A stretch of 64,000 nucleotides of DNA from Gemmatimonadota bacterium (GTDB lineage Bacteria; Gemmatimonadota; Gemmatimonadetes; JACCXV01; JAHWKZ01), in contig DATBJO010000090.1 in assembly GCA_036556305.1 (NCBI GenBank), positions 39,923 through 103,922 of the forward strand, given 5' to 3'. Shown piece after piece: positions 36,610-46,808 of this stretch. How positions within the stretch are numbered: the first letter of the stretch is position 1; each line of letters opens with the position of its first letter. Both the position numbers and the translations under genes were made by a program. The notes under the pieces are model-generated. The model had not been told where the DNA came from. It saw only the letters and a program-made list of their open reading frames with translations, and searched no databases.

Positions 36610-39440
36610 CCGTCGTCCCCTCTCGACGCGCCGGCGCGCGAATCGCCGACACCCGCGCGGTTCCGGCGGGCGGCGCGCTCTCGTCGCGCGCGGCGTGGAC
36701 CGACGACGCGGTCACGCTCTCGGACCTCGTCGACCGCGCGCTCGCGACGGACCCGGCGCCGCGGCGCCGGCTCGGCCGCGTCGCGTCCGCCCTCCTCGCG
36801 GCCGACATCCTGCGTGAGCTGGAGACCGAGGCGTTACGGCTCTTCGGACCGGGGGTCGAAGGACCCGGGGCCTCCCGCGCGATCGCGGCGGCGATCGCCG
36901 AAGTCCGCTCGGCGGGACTGTTCGCCGTCGATCTCGTCCCCGCCGCTCGCGGGTCCCGCCGGATCGCCGCTCTCGCCGCGGTCGTCGACGCCTGGGAGCG
37001 GCGTCTGAGATCGGCCGGCCTGGTCGACGCGGCCGGCGCGGTCGCGCGGGCGACCGAGCTCGTGCGGGCCGGCTCGTGGCCCGCCGCGGACATCGACGCG
37101 CTCGAGGTCCATGGGATCTACGACGTCACCGCGGTTCAGGGCGAGCTCCTGCTCGCGCTCGCGCGGCGCGCGAACCGGGTGCGGGTCCACGTTCCGTTCG
37201 AGCCCCACGATCCTTCCGCCACCGCCTATGCGTACCCCTACGTCCAGCTGTGGGAATCGCTGACCGACCCCGGGCTGGACGTCGAGCTGGATTTCTTCCA
37301 GCCGCAGGAAGAAGCGGGTCCGGTCGTCGAGTTCCGCTCCGCCACGGACCCCGTGCAGGAAGCCCGCCGCGCCGCCGACGACGCGCGGGCATGGATCGAC
37401 GCGGGCGTGGCCGCGGAGGAGATCGCGATCGTCGTTCCCGGGTCGGCCCACCGCGTGGCCGCCCTGGACCGCGAGCTCTCGCGTCGTGGAGTCGAGCATC
37501 ACGCGCGTCGCGGGGCCCCGCTCGCCGAAACCCCCGGGATCGCGGCCGCGCTCGCGCCGTTCTCTCTCATCGAGGAGGGGCTGCCGCGCGATCGACTCGA
37601 AGCCTGGATCGCCTCGCCGCTGACGGCGGGTCTCGAGCCCGAGCTCCTCCTGCCCGTCGTTTCGAGCGGACCCGCCGCGGGAGCGACGCGCGAGGAGTGG
37701 AACCGGACGCTCTCGGCGGCGCGAGGCGAGGCGGCGGCCCGGCTCGTCGCCGCGCTCGCGACGATCGTCGAGCTGGGGCGCGGCGAGTCCGCGCCGGAGG
37801 AGTTCTGGCGCCGCTACGGCGACGTCCTTGCGCGCGTGGGGCTCCTCGACGGGCTGGCTGCGCGCGATTCCGCCGGCCTCGCCCTGTGGGAAGGCGCGCT
37901 CCTGGAGCTCCGCGGCGCGCACGAGACCCTCGGCACGTGGAGCGGACCGCCGCGCGGATGGCGCGCCCACCGGCGCTCGATCCTCGATGCCCTCGGTGAC
38001 GCGCGCGCGCCGCTCGGCCGCCCCGGGCGCGGGGTCGCGATCCTGACCGCGCGCGACGCGCGCGATCTCGCGTTCCGTCGGCAGATCATGGTGGGACTCG
38101 TGCAGGGCGCGCTCACGCGGCCCGCCCCCGCGGCGGCGGTCCTCGGCGATCCCGAGCGCAGGGCGCTCAACCGATCGCTCGATCGGCGCGCGTTCCGCAC
38201 CGCCGCCGAGGACACTCACGAGGGCGACCTCCTCGTGATCGAGCGGATCCGCTCGACCGCGGAGCGGATCGTCCTCTCGTGGCCCGTCGAAGACGAGAAC
38301 GCCACCCCGCTCCTGCCGGGCCTCGAGGTCGAGCGGGAGCGGGAGCGCCGGGGGACCGAAGCCCCGGGTTTCCCCTCCCCGACCGGGATCCCCGCCTGGC
38401 GCGAGGGCCGCGCTCCCGGGGCGGTCTCTGCCCTCCAGTCCCTCGAGCGGGACCGGACCCTCTTCTTCGCCCGCGATCCGGCGACGCGCCGGGCGGCGGC
38501 CGGGAGGTGGGACGGCGCCTTCGACTCCGCGCTCGCCGAGGCGCTCGCCGCGGAGGCGGCGGGCGGCGCGCTTTCCACGTGGTCCGCGAGCGCCCTCGAA
38601 TCGTGGAGCCAGTGCGCGCACCAGTTCTTCCAGCGCCATCTTCTCCGTCTGCGGCCGCCCGACGAGCGGCCGCTCGAGGCCGAGCCGACGACGGTCGGCG
38701 ACCTGGCCCACCTCGCCCTCAAGCGCCTGTTCGAGGCCGGCGGTCGTCCGTGGGATCTCGAGCGGATCCGCGAGGCCGTGGACCTCGCCGGAACCGAGGT
38801 TCGCGACGATCGCAAGGGGCCCCCCGCGGTGTGGGCCCTGACGCGGCGGCGCACCGCAGCGACGATCCACCGCTACCTGCAGGCGGTCGCCGGTGAGGAA
38901 GCCGCGTCCGGCCGCCAGCCGGTCGCGTTCGAAGCGTCGTTCGGCCGGGACGGGTCCCGGATTCCGGCGGTCGCGGTCCCCACGCGCTTCGGCCCGATCG
39001 AGCTGCGCGGCACGATCGATCGTCTCGATCGTCATCCCGCGAGCGGCGACCTCCACGTCGTCGACTACAAGTACAGCCCGAAGCGCAGGGATCACCTCGA
39101 GGCGGTGGATCCCGAGCGCTGCGGAGTCGAGCGATTCCAGCTCCATGCCTACTTCCTCGGCGCCCTCGCCTGGGCGGAGTCGGAGGCCCTTCCCCGACCG
39201 TCGACGGTGACGGGCGCGATCCACTGCGTGAAGGCGCCCGCGATCGCGGGGCCGCTCGTCATGCCCGATGCCGACGACGTGCGCGCGGGCATCGCGCGCG
39301 CGGTGGAGGCCGCGGCCGGGGGCGTTTTCGACCCCACTCCGCGGGACGCCAGGGGATGCCGCTGGTGCGACTTCCGGCGCGGCTGCCGGATCGCCACCGT
39401 CCCCGGCGTCGCGACAGATGTCGCGGAGGAGGACGAATGA
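36603..39440 (+). CDS. addB: AddB-like helicase-nuclease subunit (RecB-family nuclease domain with an Fe-S cluster)
   Basis: 945 aa from ATG at 36603, overlapping the mutY stop by 7 nt. The C-terminal nuclease has QC...HVVDYKYS and a CRWCDFRRGC cysteine cluster (the AddB iron-staple pattern, one Cys upstream and three downstream). No Walker A is visible at the N-terminus. The track's 1332-aa ORF begins in an upstream artefact. Confidence 0.7.
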   Translation: MLTVVPSRRAGARIADTRAVPAGGALSSRAAWTDDAVTLSDLVDRALATDPAPRRRLGRVASALLAADILRELETEALRLFGPGVEGPGASRAIAAAIAEVRSAGLFAVDLVPAARGSRRIAALAAVVDAWERRLRSAGLVDAAGAVARATELVRAGSWPAADIDALEVHGIYDVTAVQGELLLALARRANRVRVHVPFEPHDPSATAYAYPYVQLWESLTDPGLDVELDFFQPQEEAGPVVEFRSATDPVQEARRAADDARAWIDAGVAAEEIAIVVPGSAHRVAALDRELSRRGVEHHARRGAPLAETPGIAAALAPFSLIEEGLPRDRLEAWIASPLTAGLEPELLLPVVSSGPAAGATREEWNRTLSAARGEAAARLVAALATIVELGRGESAPEEFWRRYGDVLARVGLLDGLAARDSAGLALWEGALLELRGAHETLGTWSGPPRGWRAHRRSILDALGDARAPLGRPGRGVAILTARDARDLAFRRQIMVGLVQGALTRPAPAAAVLGDPERRALNRSLDRRAFRTAAEDTHEGDLLVIERIRSTAERIVLSWPVEDENATPLLPGLEVERERERRGTEAPGFPSPTGIPAWREGRAPGAVSALQSLERDRTLFFARDPATRRAAAGRWDGAFDSALAEALAAEAAGGALSTWSASALESWSQCAHQFFQRHLLRLRPPDERPLEAEPTTVGDLAHLALKRLFEAGGRPWDLERIREAVDLAGTEVRDDRKGPPAVWALTRRRTAATIHRYLQAVAGEEAASGRQPVAFEASFGRDGSRIPAVAVPTRFGPIELRGTIDRLDRHPASGDLHVVDYKYSPKRRDHLEAVDPERCGVERFQLHAYFLGALAWAESEALPRPSTVTGAIHCVKAPAIAGPLVMPDADDVRAGIARAVEAAAGGVFDPTPRDARGCRWCDFRRGCRIATVPGVATDVAEEDE

Positions 39441-42400
39441 CGGACCAGCTCTCGCTCGAGCTGGTCGACGCGGCCTCGGCGGGTCCACGAGTGACGGAGT
39501 CCGCGCCACCGCCCGCACCGGCTCGCGACGCCCCGGAGCCTCACCGCGCCGATGACGACCTGCGCGAGGAACAGCGCGCGGTCGTCGATCTCGAATCCGG
39601 CTACGTGGTCACGGCGGGCGCGGGGTCGGGCAAGACCCGCACGCTCGTCGCGCTCTACTCGGCGCTCCTCGGCGACATGGCGCTCACGGGGTCCGACGAG
39701 CCGATCGGCCCGCAGCGCATCCTGTGTCTCACGTTCACCGAGCGCGCCGCCCGCGAGCTCATGCGGAAGGTGCGCGATCGGACGACGGATGCGCGCTGGC
39801 GACGCGAGCTCGAGAGCGCGCCGATCTCGACCTTCCACGGATGGTGCGCCGACATCCTGCGGCGCTATCCGCTCGAGGCGGGAGTCGATCCGCGGTTCTC
39901 GGTCCTGTCCGAGGAGGCGGCCGAGGAGATCCTCCGCGGCGCCGCCTTCGACGCCCTGCGCGCGGGTCTCGAGCGGGGCGACGAGGCCGCCAGGCTGGCG
40001 GTCGAGCTCCTCGGCCTCGCGGCGGCGGCCGACGTCCTGACGGAGCTCGTGATCTCGATCCGCACCGCGGGCTGGGCGCCGCGCGCGCCGATCGAGCGTT
40101 TCGAGCGGCGGCTCGCCGAAGCCGGTCGCCGGTTCGCGGAGCTCGGCGACGAGGTCGACGCGGCCGGGCACGCCCTCCTGGAAGCGGCTCGCGGGGGCCG
40201 ACTCCATACCGCTCTCCAGCTCGCCGCCTTCGAGCGGATCGACGCCGCGCTCTCCGACTGGCGGCGCGCGCGCTCGGCCCGGGTGGCGCTCGAGCTCGCC
40301 GCGGCCGCGAAGAGCGCCGGGAAGACGTGGCGCTTTCGCCAGGCCACGGAGCTCCGCGAGGCGCTCCGGAAGAGCGCGAACGAGTGGGCCGGCCTCGCAC
40401 TCGAGGTCGAGAACCGGTTCCAGCTCGGGATCTGGCCGGCGCTCTCGGTCACGGTCAGGGAGGGGTACCGCTCCGCGCGCGCGGCGCGCGCCGCGCTCGA
40501 CTACGACGATCTCCTCCTGCGGACCCGCGAGCTCCTCCGCTCACACGCCGAGGTGCGGGACGAGGTGAGAGGCCGATATCGCGCCGTCCTCGTCGACGAG
40601 CACCAGGACACCGACCCCGTGCAGGACGAGATCCTCCGAATCCTGATCGGCGAGGACGCGATCGCCGGGCGCCCTGGGCCCGGGGATCCGCGGTGGTGCG
40701 TCGTCGGCGACGCGAAGCAGTCCATCTACGGCTTCCGCGGCGCGACGGTGGCAGCGTTCGAATCCCTGTCGCGCGCGGCCGCCGCTCGCGGTCACAGACG
40801 CGGGCTGGCGACGAACTACCGCTCACGCGCCGAGCTCGTCGATTTCCACAACGCGTTCTTCCCCGACGTCCTGGTCGCCGGCCCGCGCGGGGATCGGCCC
40901 GAGCACGCGCCGCAGATCGCGTACCGGAGGCGAGGCGGGACGCCCGCGGTCGAGTTCCTCGATCCGCCCCTGGAGCGCGAGCTGGCCGACCGGGCCCGCG
41001 AGGACGAACCCCGGGCGCTTGCGGCGTGGATCGCGGCCGCCTGCGGGCCGGGCCCGGACGGCGTTCGCGTGCACGACGAAGTATCGGGTGAAGAGCGAGC
41101 CGCCCGCCCCGGGGACGTCGTCATCCTCCTCCGTCGATTGACCCAGGTCGAGCCCTACCGGCGCGCGCTCGATCTGGTGGGCCTCGAATCCGTCGTCGTC
41201 GGCAGCGGATCGTTCTGGGTGCGGCAGGAGACCTTCGACATCCTGAACGCGCTCGACGCCGCGCTCCGCCCCCAGGATCCGGTGCCGTTCGTCGCGTTCC
41301 TGCGCTCGCCCATGGCCGGCCTCGCCGACGACGCGATCTGGCGCGTCGTCCGCGGCCGCGAGAGCGGGGTTCCGCTCCGCCGACACGTCGCCGCGGCCGC
41401 CGCGACGGCGGACCTCGATCCGGACCAGGCCGCACGCCTCGCGGACGCGCTCGACGTCCTCGACGGAATCGCGCGCCGCGCGGATACCTGGTCTCCGGGC
41501 GCGGTCCTCTCGTGGCTCGTCGATCGCACGGCGTACGCCGCGGTCCTCGACGCGCTCCCCGACCGTGAGCAGCGCCGCGCCAACGTCGAACGATTGATCG
41601 CCCTCGCGGATCGGGCGCCGTCGGACGGCCAGCCGCTCCTGGCGCAGTGGGCGGGCGCGCTGAGACGCCGCGCGGCGCACCCGCCGCGCGACCGCGACGC
41701 GTCGCTTCCCGAAGTCGGGGACCGGATCCGCATTCTGACCATCCACCAGGCCAAGGGGCTCGAGTTCCCGATCGTCGCGCTCGGCGATATCGGCGGCCGC
41801 GGCAACCGCGGGCCGCGCGGCGTCCGCTTCGACTCCGAGATCGGCGTTGTCGCCAAGGTGTGGACGGATCCCGCGGAGGCGCCGCTCGACACCGACGCCT
41901 ATGCGCTCGCGCGCGAGTCCGAGAAGGAGCGTGAGGCCGCCGAGGAGGCGCGGCTCCTGTACGTGGCCGCGACGCGCGCGCGCGACCGGCTGATCCTGAG
42001 CGCGGGCGCGGGCAACGCGACCTGGCTGAGTCAGGTGCGGAGCTTCGCGGCCTCGCCCGGCGCGGCGGGACTCCTCGCGCGCGTGCCGCTCGAGCACTGG
42101 GCCGGCCGGTTCGCCGCTTCGCTCGGACAGACCCCGCCCCTGGCGGACCCCGGAATGGCGGTGCGCGCTCCGGCCCCGGCGGCTCCGGGAGAGGCGGCCG
42201 CGCGCGAGCTCGCCGCCGCGCTCGGAGGCGAACCCCCGCTCCCGGCCCCCGTCGCAGCGGCGCGCGAAGCCGCGGCCGCCGCGCTCGAGCGCGGCGCTCG
42301 GGGCCATGCGGCGCTCGAGCGGATCCCGCTCGCGCCGGTTCCGGACGACGTCGGGGCGTGGCTCACGGGTCCCGGCGGCTTGCCCGTCGCCGAAGCGAGC

Positions 42401-42817
42401 GCTCTGGCCGCCTACGCGAGCCGGCATGTCCTCGGCGTCCTCGGCGGCGCGGACGAAGTCGCGCGCGAGCGGCCTTTCCGCCTGCGACTCCCGGGCGGCG
42501 GGATCGTCGTCGGGACGATCGACGCACTCTGGCGCGACGCCGGCGGCTGGTGGGTGGGCGACTACAAGTTCGCGGTCGCGGACGGCGAATCGACCGCGCG
42601 ACACGAGGCGCAGCTCGCCATCTATGCGCTCGCCGCGGCCTCGATCCTCGGTCTCGACGAGATCGGCGGACGGCTCTGGTACGTGGACCAGGACGAGACC
42701 CGGGAGCTGCGCTGGCGCGGCGCCGATCTGCCCGCGCTCGAGGCCGCGCTCGACGAGGCCTTCGCGAGCCTGGGCCCCAGCGATCCCGAACCCGAGCTCG
42801 CGCGGGAGGCGCCGTGA
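39437..42817 (+). CDS. addA: AddA-like UvrD-family helicase with a C-terminal RecB-family nuclease
   Basis: 1126 aa from ATG at 39437 (ATGA overlap with the addB stop; GGAGGAGG Shine-Dalgarno). Walker A AGAGSGKTRTL, UvrD helicase motifs and the C-terminal nuclease motif WWVGDYKF. Confidence 0.8.
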   Translation: MTDQLSLELVDAASAGPRVTESAPPPAPARDAPEPHRADDDLREEQRAVVDLESGYVVTAGAGSGKTRTLVALYSALLGDMALTGSDEPIGPQRILCLTFTERAARELMRKVRDRTTDARWRRELESAPISTFHGWCADILRRYPLEAGVDPRFSVLSEEAAEEILRGAAFDALRAGLERGDEAARLAVELLGLAAAADVLTELVISIRTAGWAPRAPIERFERRLAEAGRRFAELGDEVDAAGHALLEAARGGRLHTALQLAAFERIDAALSDWRRARSARVALELAAAAKSAGKTWRFRQATELREALRKSANEWAGLALEVENRFQLGIWPALSVTVREGYRSARAARAALDYDDLLLRTRELLRSHAEVRDEVRGRYRAVLVDEHQDTDPVQDEILRILIGEDAIAGRPGPGDPRWCVVGDAKQSIYGFRGATVAAFESLSRAAAARGHRRGLATNYRSRAELVDFHNAFFPDVLVAGPRGDRPEHAPQIAYRRRGGTPAVEFLDPPLERELADRAREDEPRALAAWIAAACGPGPDGVRVHDEVSGEERAARPGDVVILLRRLTQVEPYRRALDLVGLESVVVGSGSFWVRQETFDILNALDAALRPQDPVPFVAFLRSPMAGLADDAIWRVVRGRESGVPLRRHVAAAAATADLDPDQAARLADALDVLDGIARRADTWSPGAVLSWLVDRTAYAAVLDALPDREQRRANVERLIALADRAPSDGQPLLAQWAGALRRRAAHPPRDRDASLPEVGDRIRILTIHQAKGLEFPIVALGDIGGRGNRGPRGVRFDSEIGVVAKVWTDPAEAPLDTDAYALARESEKEREAAEEARLLYVAATRARDRLILSAGAGNATWLSQVRSFAASPGAAGLLARVPLEHWAGRFAASLGQTPPLADPGMAVRAPAPAAPGEAAARELAAALGGEPPLPAPVAAAREAAAAALERGARGHAALERIPLAPVPDDVGAWLTGPGGLPVAEASALAAYASRHVLGVLGGADEVARERPFRLRLPGGGIVVGTIDALWRDAGGWWVGDYKFAVADGESTARHEAQLAIYALAAASILGLDEIGGRLWYVDQDETRELRWRGADLPALEAALDEAFASLGPSDPEPELAREAP

Positions 42818-42834
42818 GCGAGACCCCTCGATCG

Positions 42835-44031
42835 ATGTCGGGAATGGAGCGCCAGCTGGCGATCTACATGGCCGGCGTCGGCGGAGAGAGGCCGGCGCAC
42901 CCGGTCGGCTACGAGGCGCTCCGCGAACGGGCGCGGCAGGTGCTCACGGCCGAGGCCTGGGCCTACGTCGCGGGCGGCGCCGGCCTCGAGGACACGATGC
43001 GCGAGAACCGCGAGGCGTTCCGCCGGTGGCGGATCGTGCCTCGCCACCTGCGCGGTGTCGGCGCCCGCGACCTCCGGGTCGAGCTCCTCGGCCGCGCGCT
43101 TCCCGCGCCGGTCCTGCTCGCGCCCGTCGGAGTCCAGGGGATCCTGCACCCCGAAGGCGAGCTGGCACCCGCGCGAGCGGCCGCCGCGCTGGGCCTGCCG
43201 GTCGTCCTGAGCACGGTCTCGTCGCGCCCGCTCGAGGCCGTGGCCGAGGCCGCCGGCGACGGGCCGCGCTGGTTCCAGCTCTACTGGCCGCGGGATCCCG
43301 AGCTCGCCGCGTCTTTCGTCTCGCGGGCCGGGGCGGCGGGGTATTCCGCGATCGTGGTCACGCTCGACCTCCCGCTCCTCGCGTGGCGGCCGCGCGACAT
43401 CGAGAACGCGTATCTCCCATTTCTGGTCGGCGAGGGCCTCGCGAACTACCTGACCGATCCCGTCTTCCTGCGGGGACTCGCCGCCTCGCCCACCGACGAT
43501 CCGCGCCCGGCGATCGAGAAGTTCGGACGGGTCTTCGCGCATCCGGACCTGACGTGGGACGAGCTCCCCCGCCTCCGTGAGATGACGCGGCTCCCGATCG
43601 TGCTCAAGGGGATCCTCGATCCCGACGACGCCCGCCGCGCCCTCGACGCCGGCGCAAAGGCCGTGATCGTATCGAACCACGGCGGTCGACAGGTCGACGG
43701 GGCGATCGCCGCGCTCGATGCGCTGCCGGCGGTACTCGAGGTGATCGCCGGACGCGTGCCGGTGCTCCTCGACAGCGGCGTCCGCGGCGGAGCCGACGCG
43801 TTCAAGGCGCTCGCGCTGGGCGCCCGCGCGGTCCTCATCGGCCGCCCCTACGCCTGGGCGCTCGCCGTCGGAGGCGAGCCGGCGGTGCGCGACCTCCTCC
43901 AGAACACGCTCGCGGAGCTCGACCTGACGATGGGGCTGTCCGGCTGCCGCTCGATCGCGGAGATCGGTCCGCACACCCTTCGCCCGCGGGACGCTGCGGC
44001 TGGCGGGTCGAGTCGATCTCCATCGACTTGA
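42835..44031 (+). CDS. FMN-dependent alpha-hydroxy acid dehydrogenase family (L-lactate dehydrogenase / lactate oxidase-like)
   Basis: About 398 aa; RWRIVPR, SNHGGRQ and the C-terminal DSGVRGGADAFKALALGA, typical of the FMN_dh family. A GTG at 42814 that overlaps the addA stop (GTGA) is an alternative start. Confidence 0.75.
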   Translation: MSGMERQLAIYMAGVGGERPAHPVGYEALRERARQVLTAEAWAYVAGGAGLEDTMRENREAFRRWRIVPRHLRGVGARDLRVELLGRALPAPVLLAPVGVQGILHPEGELAPARAAAALGLPVVLSTVSSRPLEAVAEAAGDGPRWFQLYWPRDPELAASFVSRAGAAGYSAIVVTLDLPLLAWRPRDIENAYLPFLVGEGLANYLTDPVFLRGLAASPTDDPRPAIEKFGRVFAHPDLTWDELPRLREMTRLPIVLKGILDPDDARRALDAGAKAVIVSNHGGRQVDGAIAALDALPAVLEVIAGRVPVLLDSGVRGGADAFKALALGARAVLIGRPYAWALAVGGEPAVRDLLQNTLAELDLTMGLSGCRSIAEIGPHTLRPRDAAAGGSSRSPST

Positions 44032-44091
44032 AGCTCTCGCCGTCGGTCCCCGGCCCCCGGTTCGCGTAGTGGGCGCCGCCGTCGTCCGGCG

Positions 44092-45075
44092 TCAATCCTC
44101 CGGCGAGCGGGCGGCGGACCTGAGGGCGACCGCCACCGGGATTTCGCCCGACCTGAGATCCCGCGGCCGCGTCGGCCCACGCTCGGTCACGAGCGCGTCC
44201 AGCGCCTCCCAGCCGACCTCCTCGAAGTACGGATTGACGACTTCCAGCGACGTCGGCGGATCGGGCACGAGCTGGCGCGGATCGCGCTCGTAGGAGCGCG
44301 GGAGGGCGGCCAGCGCCGGCGGGAGGAACTTGCTCGTGTCGGCGCCGCACGCGATCTGGACCCCCGAATCGCGCGCGCGCGCCGCCAGCGCCCGCGTCCC
44401 GACCTTGTTCACCCATCCCGTTGGCAGGAGAGCGTCGGCCCCGAAGAGCAGCAGGCCCTCCTCCTCGATCGCGCTCCAGAGCCACGCGTCGGTCCCCAGT
44501 CGCACCGGGATCCCGCGCGCGGCCAGCGCCGCGGCCAGGCGCGTGCCCTCGTTCCCGGGCCGTGACTCCGACACGACCACCCGGAACCACGCGCCGGCCG
44601 CGAAGTGATCCTCGATCGCTCGCTGCACGGTGCTCGAAGCGGAGTAGGTGTAGACGGCGGGAGCGGAGCCCATGGCGCGGCGAAGGTGAAGGCCGATGGC
44701 GTCGCGCGCGGAATCGAGCCGCTCGCGCCACTGTACCGCCGTCTTCCCCACCGCCGCCCGCAGCGAGTCCTCGTCATCGGGGTCGCGCCGCTCGATCTCG
44801 ATCAGAAGGTCGTTGGCGATCCGGAGGACTGGCGCGAGCGCGGCCTGGCGCCGGGCGACTCGCTCGAGTCCGACGAGGACCTCGCGCGCCGTTCCCGGAG
44901 CGCCCGACGACCAGGACTCCCCCCACCGGAGAAGCGAGCCGGCGACCTCCGACGCTCCGCCCGACAGGTCCCCCGCGACCGCCTCGAGCGCCTCCCACGC
45001 CCCTTCGGGCGCGGTCTTCCTCGCCCGTTTCTTCGCCTTTCGACGAGTCCCGGCCGCTGCCTTCCTCGCGCTCAC
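44092..45075 (-). CDS. eIF-2B alpha/beta/delta-like family protein (putative sugar-phosphate isomerase such as MtnA or R15P isomerase)
   Basis: 327 aa from the GTG at 45075, which overlaps the permease stop. Family blocks VVSESRPGNEG, FGADALLPTGWVNKVGT, GVQIACGADTSKF. The track's 573-aa ORF is an upstream artefact. Confidence 0.6.
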   Translation of the reverse strand: MSARKAAAGTRRKAKKRARKTAPEGAWEALEAVAGDLSGGASEVAGSLLRWGESWSSGAPGTAREVLVGLERVARRQAALAPVLRIANDLLIEIERRDPDDEDSLRAAVGKTAVQWRERLDSARDAIGLHLRRAMGSAPAVYTYSASSTVQRAIEDHFAAGAWFRVVVSESRPGNEGTRLAAALAARGIPVRLGTDAWLWSAIEEEGLLLFGADALLPTGWVNKVGTRALAARARDSGVQIACGADTSKFLPPALAALPRSYERDPRQLVPDPPTSLEVVNPYFEEVGWEALDALVTERGPTRPRDLRSGEIPVAVALRSAARSPED

Positions 45076-45833
45076 TTGATCAGCCTGCGCCGGATCAGGC
45101 GCACCGAGAGCCAGAACGCGATCAGCGTGAAGACCGCCAGCCAGGCGCCGTTCACCCACATCGAGGGCTCGAGCCCGTTCGACGTGAGCGCGCGCATGAG
45201 GATCACGGCATGGGTCAGAGGCAGGCACCACGCCGCCCATCCGACCCACGCGGGCATCCCTTCGAGCGGAAAGAAGACGCCGCTGAACAGGAACATGACC
45301 CCGATGACGAGAGTGAAGAAGTAGTTGAAGAACGTGTACGAGGGCGCGACGGCCGTGTACGCCATCCCGAGCGCTCCGAACATGATCCCGACTCCGAACG
45401 TGAGCGGCAGAACGGCGATCGCGAGCGGGCCTTCGACGAGCCCGAGCGGCAGCATGAACGCGAGGATGACCGCGCCCCCCAGGAGGCTCTTCGATGCCGC
45501 CCACAGGATGTCGCCGGCGACCACCTCTCCCACCGATATCGGCGTCATGACGATCGCCTCGTAAGTGCGCTGCTCGGTCATGCGGGTGAACGACCCGAAC
45601 GTGGTCTCGAACGAGGCCGCGTTCATCGCGGTCGCGGCGACGAGACCGGGAGCGAGGAACGCGACGTACGGCTGTCCCTGGATGTCGTCGACGAAGCGCC
45701 CCAGCCCGAAACCCATCGCGGCGAAGAACAGGAGCGGCTCCGCCACCGTGCCCACCATCGAGGCGACCGCGAAGTCCTTCCACGATTCGTAGTTCCGGAG
45801 CCAGACGCGGCACGCGCCCGCGATGCGGTCCAT
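45072..45833 (-). CDS. ABC-2 type transporter permease
   Basis: 253 aa from ATG at 45833; six predicted transmembrane helices and an ABC-2 membrane topology. Confidence 0.75.
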   Translation of the reverse strand: MDRIAGACRVWLRNYESWKDFAVASMVGTVAEPLLFFAAMGFGLGRFVDDIQGQPYVAFLAPGLVAATAMNAASFETTFGSFTRMTEQRTYEAIVMTPISVGEVVAGDILWAASKSLLGGAVILAFMLPLGLVEGPLAIAVLPLTFGVGIMFGALGMAYTAVAPSYTFFNYFFTLVIGVMFLFSGVFFPLEGMPAWVGWAAWCLPLTHAVILMRALTSNGLEPSMWVNGAWLAVFTLIAFWLSVRLIRRRLIK

Positions 45834-45841
45834 GAGGGCCG

Positions 45842-46786
45842 TCACTCGCGCAGCTCGCGTCCCGTCAGCCGCAGAAAGACGTCTTCCAGCGTGGCGCGGC
45901 GGTGGACGAAGTGGTGCTCGGCCAGAGCGGGGAGGAGCGCGCGAGCGCGCTCGCCGTGCCGGAAGAATCCGTAGATTTCGTCCCCGGCGCGCTCGACGTG
46001 GTCGGCTGCGTCGTCGAGCAGGGCCAGCGCGGCCGCGTGAGCGGGATCGGACGGATACAGCTCGACGACCTCGGCCCCGATGTGCTCCTCGATCAGACCC
46101 TGCGGCGTGCCGCGCGCGATGATTCGACCTTCGTCCATGATGAGCACGCGATCGCAGAGCTGGGCGGCCTCCTCCATGTAGTGGGTCGTCAGGAGCATCG
46201 TGACTCCCGCCCGGTTCAGCGCGCGCAGCTTCTGCCACACGACGTGGCGGGCCTGCGGATCGAGTCCGGTGGTCGGCTCGTCGAGGATCAGGAGCTCGGG
46301 ATCCGAGATCAGGGCGCGGGCGAGCGTGAGGCGCCGCCGCATCCCGCCGGACAGCGTTCGGATGTGCGAGTCCCGCTTCTCGTCGAGCTGGACGAACTCG
46401 AGCAGCTCCTCGGCCCGCTCGAGCCGGCGCTCTCGCGGGATCCCGAAGTAGCGGCCGTAGACGAGCAGGTTCTTGATCACGGAAAGGTCGGGATCGAGGT
46501 TGTTGTCCTGCGACACGACGCCCAACCGGCGCTTGATGCGTCGCGCGCGCCCGTCCACCGGCTCCCCGAAGACCTCGAGGACGCCCGCGTCGACTTCGAC
46601 GAAGCAGCAGATCATGTTGATGGTCGTGGTCTTGCCCGCGCCATTGGGGCCCAGGAATCCGAGGCATTCCCCGCGCCGCACCTCGAAGTCGATGCCCTTG
46701 ACCACCGGCTCGGACGAATACGCCTTCACGAGCCCGCGGGCGCGGACGAGCTCCTCCCGGTCGCCTTCGCCCGAATCGATCTTCAT
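45842..46786 (-). CDS. ABC transporter ATP-binding protein (ABC-2/DrrA-like)
   Basis: 314 aa; Walker A GPNGAGKTT, signature LSGGMRRR, Walker B LLILDEPT. Confidence 0.85.
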   Translation of the reverse strand: MKIDSGEGDREELVRARGLVKAYSSEPVVKGIDFEVRRGECLGFLGPNGAGKTTTINMICCFVEVDAGVLEVFGEPVDGRARRIKRRLGVVSQDNNLDPDLSVIKNLLVYGRYFGIPRERRLERAEELLEFVQLDEKRDSHIRTLSGGMRRRLTLARALISDPELLILDEPTTGLDPQARHVVWQKLRALNRAGVTMLLTTHYMEEAAQLCDRVLIMDEGRIIARGTPQGLIEEHIGAEVVELYPSDPAHAAALALLDDAADHVERAGDEIYGFFRHGERARALLPALAEHHFVHRRATLEDVFLRLTGRELRE

Positions 46787-46808
46787 GCCGGCGGAAGTTA
46801 GGGCGGAC

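Noticed and set aside
36834-39518. 894-aa minus-strand ORF
   Set aside because: Antisense to addB, which has clear nuclease and Fe-S motifs. The composition is an R/G/P-rich artefact.
40823-42604. 593-aa minus-strand ORF
   Set aside because: Antisense to addA (UvrD motifs confirmed). GC artefact.
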